This document shows, piece by piece, positions 11,594-19,700 of a DNA stretch of 64,000 bases. This DNA comes from Candidatus Eiseniibacteriota bacterium (lineage in GTDB: Bacteria; Eisenbacteria; RBG-16-71-46). The position numbers were made by a program, and so were the translations under genes. Under the pieces are notes generated by a model, which saw nothing but the letters and a program-made list of their open reading frames with translations, made no database searches and was not told where the DNA came from. The DNA is taken from assembly GCA_963776245.1 (NCBI GenBank), contig CAVZLN010000006.1:800001-864000 (forward strand). The letters run 5' to 3'. The stretch's first letter is position 1. The number at the start of each line of letters is the position of its first letter.

Positions 11594-12565
11594 ATGGATA
11601 CCACTCAAGGTCATACTGGTCGCCTTCCCACCGTCATCGCGATGGGCGGGAACTCCCTGCTGGACCCGAAACTCGCTCCCACCGTCGCCAACCAGTTCGC
11701 CGTCACCGCCCGCGCGGTCGAGCCCATCGCCGAGCTCATCGGCCGCGGCGAGCACCTCGTGCTCACCCACGGGAATGGCCCGCAGGTCGGCTTCATGCAG
11801 CTGCGCGTCGAGATGGCGAAGGAACACATCCACGAGGTGCCGCTCGATTCGCTGGTCGCGGATTCGCAGGGCGCCATCGGCTACATGATCCAGCGCGAGC
11901 TGCGCGAGGTGCTGCGGCGCCGCGGCATCCTGGTGGAGGTCGCCACCCTGGTGACCGAGGTCGAGGTCGACCCGCACGACCGGGCGTTCGGCGAGCCCAC
12001 CAAGCCGATCGGCAAGTTCTACACCGAGGCCGAGGCGGATGCGCTCAAGGCCGAGCGCGGCTGGGACATGGTCGAGGACTCGCACCGCGGCTGGCGCCGC
12101 GTGGTGGCGAGCCCGGCGCCGATCGAGATCGTGCAGCTCGACACCATCCGCCGACTGGTCTTCGACGACGTCACCGTGATCGCGTGCGGCGGCGGCGGCA
12201 TCCCGGTGATGCGCGACGCCGCGGGCCATATCCGCGGACTCGAGGCGGTCATCGACAAGGACCGCGCGAGCGCGCTGCTGGCGGTGCGGCTCGGGGTGAA
12301 GCGCATGGTGATCACCACCGGCGTGGACGCCATCTACCGCGACTACCTCACCGACCATCGCACGGCGCTGCGCGACACCACGCTCACCGAGCTGAGGGCC
12401 ATGGCGGAGGCGAAGCAGTTCCCGCCCGGCAGCATGGGCCCCAAGGTCGAGGCGGCGATGTACTTCCTCGCGCGCGGCGGCGAGGAGGTCGTGATCTGTC
12501 ATCCCGAGGCGCTGGTCGAGGCCTTCGACGGCAACGCGGGCACCCGCATCCACCAGGAGTCCTGA
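11594..12565 (+). CDS. arcC: Carbamate kinase
   Basis: VIAMGGNSL, THGNGPQVG, PTKPIG, WRRVVASP, GGGGIPV, EAVIDKD, GSMGPKV. Confidence 0.95.
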   Translation: MDTTQGHTGRLPTVIAMGGNSLLDPKLAPTVANQFAVTARAVEPIAELIGRGEHLVLTHGNGPQVGFMQLRVEMAKEHIHEVPLDSLVADSQGAIGYMIQRELREVLRRRGILVEVATLVTEVEVDPHDRAFGEPTKPIGKFYTEAEADALKAERGWDMVEDSHRGWRRVVASPAPIEIVQLDTIRRLVFDDVTVIACGGGGIPVMRDAAGHIRGLEAVIDKDRASALLAVRLGVKRMVITTGVDAIYRDYLTDHRTALRDTTLTELRAMAEAKQFPPGSMGPKVEAAMYFLARGGEEVVICHPEALVEAFDGNAGTRIHQES

Positions 12566-12566
12566 C

Positions 12567-13715
12567 ATGAATCCGACCCCGCTCACCGCGCTCCCGGGCC
12601 TCGACACCGGCGTGCTGCGTACGCTGTACGGCCGCAGCCTGATGCTGACCAGCGACTGGAGCACGCCTGAGCTCGACGCCCTGCTCGCGGTGGCCGCGCG
12701 CTTCGCCGCGATCGACCGCGCCGGGCGCTCCGCGGCGTTCCTGCCCGACCAGCTCGCCTACGCGCTGTTCTTCGACAACTCCACCCGCACCAAGTCCGCG
12801 TGGGCGGGCGCGGCGGCGCGCCTCGGGATGCGGCCGGTCATCGTCGACGGCTCGTCCACGCAGGTCGAGCACGGCGAGACCGCCGAGGAGACCGGCGCCA
12901 TGCTGGGCATGAACGCGCACGCGCTCGGCATCCGCCACGACCTCATCCTCGGCGAGGGCAATCGCTTCATGCGCGCGGTGCACAAGGGGATCGACGACTA
13001 CCTCGCCGCCACCGCCGATCCGCGCCAGGTGCCGGTGGTGAACCTGCAGTGCGACATCGACCACCCCACCCAGACGCTGGCCGACCTGTCGTGGCTCCAG
13101 CAGGTGTTCCCGGACGGGCTGCGCGGCAAGAAGATCGCGATGACGTGGGCGTACTCGCCCACGTACGCCAAGCCGCTCTCGGTGCCGCAGGGCATCGCCA
13201 TGCTCATGACGCGCTATGGCGCCGAGGTGGTGCTCGCCCACCCCGAGGGCTACCGCCTGATGGACGACACGATGCAGATCGCGGCGCGCCACGCCGCGGC
13301 TTCCGGTGGCTCGTTCAAGATCGTGGACTCCATGGACGACGCGTTCCAGGGAGCGCACGCGGTGTATCCGAAGTCCTGGGGCCCGTACGACCTGATGCTC
13401 GAGCGCGTCGAGGCCAACCGCGCCCGCGACAAGGCCCGCATGGGCGACATCGAGAAGCGCGCGCTCGAGCGCAACGCGAAGTTCCGGGACTGGATCTGCG
13501 ACGAGCGCCGCATGGCGCTCACCCACGGCGGCGACGCGATGTACCTGCACTGCCTGCCGGCCGACATCGGGGACGAGGTCACGCGCGGCGTGATGGACAA
13601 GCACCGGGTGAACGTGGCGCGCGAGGCGAACCAGAAGATGTACGTCGTGATGGCGATGCTGGCGGTGGCCAAGGTGCCGGACCTCGCGGCGCGCCTCGAG
13701 GGAGCGGCCCGATGA
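12567..13715 (+). CDS. ygeW: Knotted carbamoyltransferase, YgeW-like
   Basis: FDNSTRT, HGETAEET, LQCDIDHPTQ, KKIAMTWAYSPTYAKPLSVPQG (YgeW signature), YPKSW, YLHCLPADI. Confidence 0.9.
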   Translation: MNPTPLTALPGLDTGVLRTLYGRSLMLTSDWSTPELDALLAVAARFAAIDRAGRSAAFLPDQLAYALFFDNSTRTKSAWAGAAARLGMRPVIVDGSSTQVEHGETAEETGAMLGMNAHALGIRHDLILGEGNRFMRAVHKGIDDYLAATADPRQVPVVNLQCDIDHPTQTLADLSWLQQVFPDGLRGKKIAMTWAYSPTYAKPLSVPQGIAMLMTRYGAEVVLAHPEGYRLMDDTMQIAARHAAASGGSFKIVDSMDDAFQGAHAVYPKSWGPYDLMLERVEANRARDKARMGDIEKRALERNAKFRDWICDERRMALTHGGDAMYLHCLPADIGDEVTRGVMDKHRVNVAREANQKMYVVMAMLAVAKVPDLAARLEGAAR

Positions 13716-15265
13716 GCACCACGACGCCCGCGGCGCTCGACGCCCGCATCGCCGCGCTCGCCGCGCGCGACCTGCCGCTCGCGGTGCGCGTGCTCCGGGA
13801 GGCCATCCGCATCCCCGCCGACTTCGTGGACCGGCCGGTGGACCAGGGCGGCGACCCGCAGTGCGGGCTCAGCAATCACGAGGGCCCGCGCATCGAGTTC
13901 CTGCGCCGCACGCTGATCGAGATCGGCGCGGTCGCCAGCGCGGAGGACGTCGGCATCGACGCGTTCGGCAACCTGTGGTGGACGCTCGAGGATCCGGCCG
14001 ACGGGATCCCGCGCGAGCGGAAGCGCGTGATCGTCCTCGACGGCCACTGCGACACGGTGAAGCCACTGCGCGCGCAGTGGCACGAGAAGACCGGCGGGCT
14101 CGACCCCTACCTCGGGCTGACGGACGCCGCGAAGCTCCAGCGCGACTGGATGCGCTCCGAGCTCGGCTGGCTGCCACCCGACGCGGAGTGGGACCAGCTG
14201 GTGTTCGGGCGCGGCGCGGCCGACCAGCTCGGCGGCGTGGTGAGCCAGATGATCGCCTCGCGCATCCTGAACGAGCTGCGCGGCGAGGGCGCGCTGCGCG
14301 GCGTGATCTGGCGCTCGTTCGCGACCGTGGCCGAGGAGGACAACGACGGCGGCGGCCCGCTCTACCTCGCCCGCCGCGTGCTGCCCGGCGCGCCGGCCGA
14401 GATGATCCCGGACGTGGTCATCCTCACCGACTCCACCGGCGACTCGCGCAAGGGCGCGCTCGGCATCTACCGCGGCCAGCGCGGACGCATGCAGATCGAG
14501 GTCCGGGTCACCGGCAAGTCGTGCCACGGCTCGATGCCGCACGAGGGCCGGAACCCGCTCGAGTTCGGCGGCGCGATCCTGAAGGAGGCCGCCGAGCGGC
14601 ACGCCCGCGGCGAGGGCATGCTCGACGACGCGTTCCTCGGCCGCGGCACGCGCACCGCGTCATGGGCGCACCTCGACACGCCGAGCGATTGCGCGGTGCC
14701 CGAGGCGTTCACGTTCCGCTTCGACCGCCGGCTGACCGCGGGCGAGACCCCCGAGATGGCGCTCGCCACCATCGAGGCGCTCGACAGCGTGAAGGCCGCG
14801 CGCGCGCACGGCCTGCCGGTGGAGATCCGCGTGCCGACCTACGACCTGCCGACCTGGCGCGGGTTCAAGCCCGGCAATCCCCAGATCTACATGGGCTGGG
14901 CCACGCCCGAGGAACATCCCGCCATCCAGGCCGCGGTGGACGCGTGGAAGGCGGTGGTGACCCCGCACGTCGAAGAGCGCAATGAACAGGGCGGCTCGAT
15001 GCGGCGCGCGCCGCGCGTGGATCGCTGGGTGTTCTCGACCGACGGCGTGGGCTGGCCGGTGCCGAAGACCCTCGAGGGCCTGAAGGTGCCCGCCGGCAAG
15101 CGCTGGGTGGATGCCGGCGCCTACCACCACGCCGCGATGTTCGGCATGGGCACCGGCATCGAGCAGAACACCCACAAGATCGGCGAGGCGCTCGACGTGC
15201 GCGAACTCCGCCACGCGATCGCGTTCCTGACCAGGTTCGCGGGGGCCTACGTGGCGAGGGGCTGA
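13712..15265 (+). CDS. M20-family amidohydrolase, YgeY-like (with insertions)
   Basis: DGHCDTV, GRGAADQLGG, VAEEDNDG, IYRGQRGRMQI, SCHGSMP, FLGRGT, WVFSTDGV; ATGA overlap with ygeW. Confidence 0.8.
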   Translation: MSTTTPAALDARIAALAARDLPLAVRVLREAIRIPADFVDRPVDQGGDPQCGLSNHEGPRIEFLRRTLIEIGAVASAEDVGIDAFGNLWWTLEDPADGIPRERKRVIVLDGHCDTVKPLRAQWHEKTGGLDPYLGLTDAAKLQRDWMRSELGWLPPDAEWDQLVFGRGAADQLGGVVSQMIASRILNELRGEGALRGVIWRSFATVAEEDNDGGGPLYLARRVLPGAPAEMIPDVVILTDSTGDSRKGALGIYRGQRGRMQIEVRVTGKSCHGSMPHEGRNPLEFGGAILKEAAERHARGEGMLDDAFLGRGTRTASWAHLDTPSDCAVPEAFTFRFDRRLTAGETPEMALATIEALDSVKAARAHGLPVEIRVPTYDLPTWRGFKPGNPQIYMGWATPEEHPAIQAAVDAWKAVVTPHVEERNEQGGSMRRAPRVDRWVFSTDGVGWPVPKTLEGLKVPAGKRWVDAGAYHHAAMFGMGTGIEQNTHKIGEALDVRELRHAIAFLTRFAGAYVARG

Positions 15266-15281
15266 GGCGGGCGCCGCGCCC

Positions 15282-16184
15282 TCACTTGCCCGGCGTCACC
15301 ATCGTGCCGGCCTTCCGGCCGATCGCGCCGCCGACCTTGCCTCCCAGATACTGGCCCGCCATCGCGCCGACCGGTCCGCCCAGCGCGCCGCCCAGGCTGG
15401 CGCCCAGACTGCTGCCCATGCTCTGCCCCATGCCCTGGCCCATCCCGCCCATCATGCTGCCCATGCTGCCCATGGCCCCCATCCCCTTCATCTTCCCCAT
15501 CATCTCGTCCATGTCGGTGAGCTCGTAGTCCTTCGGCGACTCGAAGAGCTTCGCGGGCTGCGGGGCGACCTGGTAGTCCTTCCACTCGACGACGGTGGTC
15601 TCGCCCTCGACCGTTCCTTCCATGCGCACCGGGGCGCCGGTGGTCTTGTCGAACCACCCCACCGAGGTGCCCTGGGGCATGGTCATGCGCACCTTTTTCA
15701 CCGCCCGTCCGCCGAGCGTCTCCTCGCCGAGATCCTCGAACCTCCCCTCGGGCGCCGGCGCGGCGGCGGCCGCGTCGCCCTCGCGCATGTCCTTCCGGGC
15801 GCGTTCGGGGAGCAGGGACGCCATCGCCGCGCGCGACTGTCGCATCGCCCGCTTCTCCTTCGGCATCAGCGTGAGGGTGGTGCCCTTCTCGTCGCCCAGC
15901 TCGATCAGCACCAGGTCCTCGTCGGCCCCGGTGATCTCGGTGCGCACGCGGCCGTGGTCGATGAAGCGCTTGAGGACCATCTTGGCCTTCGGGGACTGGA
16001 TCACGAGATCCACGCTGTAGGCGGCGGGCTCTTCATAGCGCGGGAGCGCGACCGCCGCGGCGGCGGCGGGGTGCGCGGCCGGCGCGGGCCGGGCCGCCGG
16101 CGCCGGCGCCGCGAACGCGACCGTGACGGTGAGCAGAAAGAGCGGGAGCGGCGCGGCGACCGCGCGGAGAGGGCGGTGGATCAT
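15282..16184 (-). CDS. Secreted protein (DUF4412-like) with Met/Gly-rich glycine-zipper tail
   Basis: Signal peptide; beta-rich body (LGEETLGGR..K, LFESPKDY); tail MMGKMKGMGAMGSMGSMMGGMGQGMGQSMGSSLGASLGGALGGPVGAMAGQYLGGKVGGAIG. Confidence 0.65.
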   Translation of the reverse strand: MIHRPLRAVAAPLPLFLLTVTVAFAAPAPAARPAPAAHPAAAAAVALPRYEEPAAYSVDLVIQSPKAKMVLKRFIDHGRVRTEITGADEDLVLIELGDEKGTTLTLMPKEKRAMRQSRAAMASLLPERARKDMREGDAAAAAPAPEGRFEDLGEETLGGRAVKKVRMTMPQGTSVGWFDKTTGAPVRMEGTVEGETTVVEWKDYQVAPQPAKLFESPKDYELTDMDEMMGKMKGMGAMGSMGSMMGGMGQGMGQSMGSSLGASLGGALGGPVGAMAGQYLGGKVGGAIGRKAGTMVTPGK

Positions 16185-16304
16185 GTCGGGCTCCTGGGGA
16201 AGAGACGGGGACCGAGCCAGCGGGGCGACTTCCGTGGCGGCATCATACGCCTTCGGAAGCGTGGTCCGCCGCCGCGCCGGGTGGGGGCGGCGGACCGGAC
16301 CGGC

Positions 16305-19052
16305 CTATCGGATGCGGACCACGCGCCGCGTCTCGTTGCGCGCGCCGGCGTCGAGACGGCAGAAGAACAGCCCCGCCCCCACCCGGCTCCCGGCATCGTC
16401 CCGTCCGTCCCACACCGCCTCGTGGCGGCCCGGGTCGAGCACACCCCCGCGCAGCAGCGTGCGCACGCGGCGGCCGGTGATGTCGTACACGCTCAACTGC
16501 ACGCGCTCCCGCCGGGCGAGGTCGAAGCGGATCGCGGTCGCGTCGCGGAACGGGTTGGGGGCGTTCTGGAGCAGGCGGAACGCCGGCACGGCCGCGCCGT
16601 CCGCCGCGGTCACCGAGGTCGAGTCGAAGATCAGCGCGCCGAACTCGGGGTGATCCACGAATGGATTGCGGTTGTTCTGGATCGTGTAGATGGCGCCGTT
16701 GCGCAGGCGCTCCTTCCAACTGACCGGATCGCCGAGGCTCCACTGCGTGTACCGGTAGGCTGCCCACGGCAGCAGGTCGGCGCCACTGGCGGAGGCGCTG
16801 CCCGGCCAGCCGGCGTCTTCGGTGTAATAGCGCGTGGCGACGTAGAACGCGCTGCGAGCGAGGTCGCCCTTGAAGGCGTCGATGGGCTCGAACACGGTGC
16901 CCACGTAGGCGGGGTCGGCGCTCGTCCCGAGCTTGGTGCCGTTCATCGAGGTGAAGGTGGCGGCCGCGACCGGCCCGTACGGGTAGTTGCTGCGGTGCTC
17001 GTTCACCTTGACGTCGGTGGGATACAGGATCCACAGGTCGGAGTACATCGGCAATGCGCCACCGAACCACGCCTGGGGCCACGAGTGCTCGCGGTTGTAC
17101 CCGTCCCCTTCCGAGGTCCCGCCGGTCTGGCCGAACACGAACTCGTAGGGCGGGGTCCCCCCCGGGATGTCGGAGTACACGTCCCACACCTTGCCATTGG
17201 GCTTCACATCGGTGGTCTGGAAGGCGGTGTAGGCGTAGTCGTAGCTCTGCGCCGCGTGGTTCTTGATGAGGTTGTGCAGGGCCAGGCGCAGCGCCGCGCC
17301 CTTCAGGCCGGCGGTGCCGTCGTAGTAGCCCGGCGGGATGGCGACATCGGTGTACGTGAAGATGCCGCGGGCGCCGACGGTGGCGTTCGCGTACGGGTCG
17401 GCGACGCCGGTCGCGATCACCGTGTCGAGCCGCGCCGGCACGCCGGCGACCGTGATGAGCACGTGCGCCGGGTTCGAGGGGTCCCGCACCGCGGCCGAGG
17501 CGGCGATCCCCGCGATGGAGTAGTTCGCGGGGTTCTCCGCGCTGGTCTGCTCGAGCGGCTCGGAGAACTGCACCAGGAACGTGGACTCGCTCATCTCGCC
17601 CACCACCACGATGCTGGGCGCCACGAGGTCGGCCGCCCACACCACGTCGGCGGCGTCGCGGGGCTCGAGCTTGTACGCCCCGTTGCTGTAGTTGACCGGA
17701 CCGGTGATGTCGTAGGTGGTCCCGAGCAGCGGCGTGAAGACATAGCCCAGCGGGTCCACGACCGCGGCGCCGCTGCCGTCGTTCACCGACCACTGCCCGG
17801 CGCCCAGGCTCGGGTTGGCGCACACGCCGCCCGCGATCTTCACCAGCACGCCCTCGTAAGCCTCGGCCAGCGCGCTGCCGGAGGGCACCACGACCGGCGC
17901 CGGAAGCGTGCCGCCGGGGGTCGCGCTCATCACCACCGCGCTCGCGAGCAGCGTGTTGCCGGCGTAGCCCTGGGCGTCGTTCTCGATCACCGTGCCGCGC
18001 ACGGTCACCACGTCGCCGACGGCCGGCGCCGTGGTGGCGCGCGCCCAAAGTCCGTTCCACGCGCCGGTGCCGTCCTGCACGGTGAAGTACGTGCCGAAGC
18101 GGCCGGTGACCACGCCCTGCGTGATGGCGCCGCTGCCGGCGTAGGGCGAGGCGGACGCCGCGCCCTGGATCTGGGCGATGGTGAGGTCGTAGAACAGCGC
18201 GTAGCTCCGGAGATCCGTGGTGCTGGCGCCGGCCGCGGCATCGGTGGCGGTCACCTTGTAGAACACCGTGGTTCCCGCGACCTGGGCCGGGATCGCGGCG
18301 CTGGTGGCGTAAGTGGCGCCGGAGAGGAGCGTCATCGGGATACTGTTGGAGAGCGCAGACGCGCTCGTCCCCCACGCCAGCGTCACAGCGGTGATGGCGG
18401 AGGCCGTGTCCACGACATCGGCGTGCACGTCCGTCGGGGTGCCGGCCAGCGGGAAGGCGGGGCTGGTCACGATCTGGGAGATCGACGGTCCCGGCGGCCG
18501 CGGCAGGACGGTGTGCGTGCCGGGGTTGGCGTCGGACGACAGAGTGACGGGCGTGGCGGTCCACTCCGCCGGCGTGTAGGTGGGGTTCGGCGAGTAGATG
18601 TTGGGATTGCGCACGTACATCGAATTCTCGAACACCGTCCCGCCGACCACCACGCGGTCGATCACGCTCCCGCTCCCGTTCACGAGCTTGGCGCCGTCAT
18701 TGACCCGGCCGTTCCAGGTGGAGTTGGAGGTCGACCAGGCGGCGTCCGGGAAGTTCACCGTGAACACGGCGAAGGTGGTGGAGTTCCCCGCGACCAGCGC
18801 CTGCCCGGGGACGATGGTGCCCGAGAGGTGCCAGGTCATGATGTCGACGCCATTGCCCACCGCGATCAGCGCCCAGTTGGTCAGGTCCACGCTGTCCGGG
18901 CCGGAGTTGTAGATCTCGATGAAACGGTCCGTCAGGTAGTGGGCCTCGAGCGGATCGCACAACTCGGAGATCAGGACGCTCGAGCGCGCCGCGGTCGGCA
19001 GGAATGAGAGGGCCGCGACCGCCGCGGCGACCAGGAGGAACGACCTGCGCAT
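16305..19052 (-). CDS. Secreted endonuclease I family nuclease: lamin-tail domain, OB-fold repeats, EndA domain, FlgD-Ig C-terminus
   Basis: Signal peptide; VLISEL..FIEIYN (LTD); TIAQIQG..YFTVQDG..AEAYEGVLV (OB); YNREHSWPQAWF, VNEHRSNYPYG, KGDLAR, IQNNRNPFVDHPE (EndA); LLQNAPNPF...WDGRDDAG. Confidence 0.9.
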   Translation of the reverse strand: MRRSFLLVAAAVAALSFLPTAARSSVLISELCDPLEAHYLTDRFIEIYNSGPDSVDLTNWALIAVGNGVDIMTWHLSGTIVPGQALVAGNSTTFAVFTVNFPDAAWSTSNSTWNGRVNDGAKLVNGSGSVIDRVVVGGTVFENSMYVRNPNIYSPNPTYTPAEWTATPVTLSSDANPGTHTVLPRPPGPSISQIVTSPAFPLAGTPTDVHADVVDTASAITAVTLAWGTSASALSNSIPMTLLSGATYATSAAIPAQVAGTTVFYKVTATDAAAGASTTDLRSYALFYDLTIAQIQGAASASPYAGSGAITQGVVTGRFGTYFTVQDGTGAWNGLWARATTAPAVGDVVTVRGTVIENDAQGYAGNTLLASAVVMSATPGGTLPAPVVVPSGSALAEAYEGVLVKIAGGVCANPSLGAGQWSVNDGSGAAVVDPLGYVFTPLLGTTYDITGPVNYSNGAYKLEPRDAADVVWAADLVAPSIVVVGEMSESTFLVQFSEPLEQTSAENPANYSIAGIAASAAVRDPSNPAHVLITVAGVPARLDTVIATGVADPYANATVGARGIFTYTDVAIPPGYYDGTAGLKGAALRLALHNLIKNHAAQSYDYAYTAFQTTDVKPNGKVWDVYSDIPGGTPPYEFVFGQTGGTSEGDGYNREHSWPQAWFGGALPMYSDLWILYPTDVKVNEHRSNYPYGPVAAATFTSMNGTKLGTSADPAYVGTVFEPIDAFKGDLARSAFYVATRYYTEDAGWPGSASASGADLLPWAAYRYTQWSLGDPVSWKERLRNGAIYTIQNNRNPFVDHPEFGALIFDSTSVTAADGAAVPAFRLLQNAPNPFRDATAIRFDLARRERVQLSVYDITGRRVRTLLRGGVLDPGRHEAVWDGRDDAGSRVGAGLFFCRLDAGARNETRRVVRIR

Positions 19053-19313
19053 GCGCTACGCCCGCCTTTCGGGGCCGTGGCTCGGGGGTCGCCACTGCGG
19101 GCGGGGTCGAGACACGTGGGTGCGCCCTCCACGCACGGGTGGAGGGACTCGATGTGGGTGAGCCGGGACCGGGACTATTCTACGCGCTCGGGGCGGCGCG
19201 CGGAAACCGCGCCCCACCGGGGAGCGGGGCTCCGACGCGACCTGCCGTCCGGGACGGCGGCCCGAGCCCGCCGCCTGCCGCGGCGTGCCCTCAGCGGTCC
19301 GGGGTGAGCGGGC

Positions 19314-19700
19314 TCAGGGCCCGCACAGGCAGTCCGCCCACGAGGACGCCGCGGGCTCTCCGCCCTTCACCGCCTTCACCGTCACCGAGATGGTGTGTTC
19401 GTCCCAGTTCGCAGGCCGGCCGTCGAACGTGCGCACCCGCCCGAGGAAGCCCACGGTGACGCACCACGAGCCGGTGACCCCCGCCTCGCGGTCGGCGTCG
19501 CTGAGCGGAAGCGCGGTGGCGCACCTCACGCGGAAGTCCCGGGTCTCCGCCAGCACGAACAGGTTGGTGAACATCGCGCGCGCCACGGGCGTGCCGGTCC
19601 AGCGCACCGCGGCCCGCTCGGCGGCGGGATAGCCGAAGTCGCCACCGCACGCGGTGCCCAGCGCCACGACCAGCAGACCGAGGAACAGCCAGGCTCTCAC
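19314..19700 (-). CDS. Hypothetical lipoprotein
   Basis: GTGA overlap with the upstream stop; VRAWLFLGLLVVALGTAC lipobox-like signal. Confidence 0.6.
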   Translation of the reverse strand: MRAWLFLGLLVVALGTACGGDFGYPAAERAAVRWTGTPVARAMFTNLFVLAETRDFRVRCATALPLSDADREAGVTGSWCVTVGFLGRVRTFDGRPANWDEHTISVTVKAVKGGEPAASSWADCLCGP

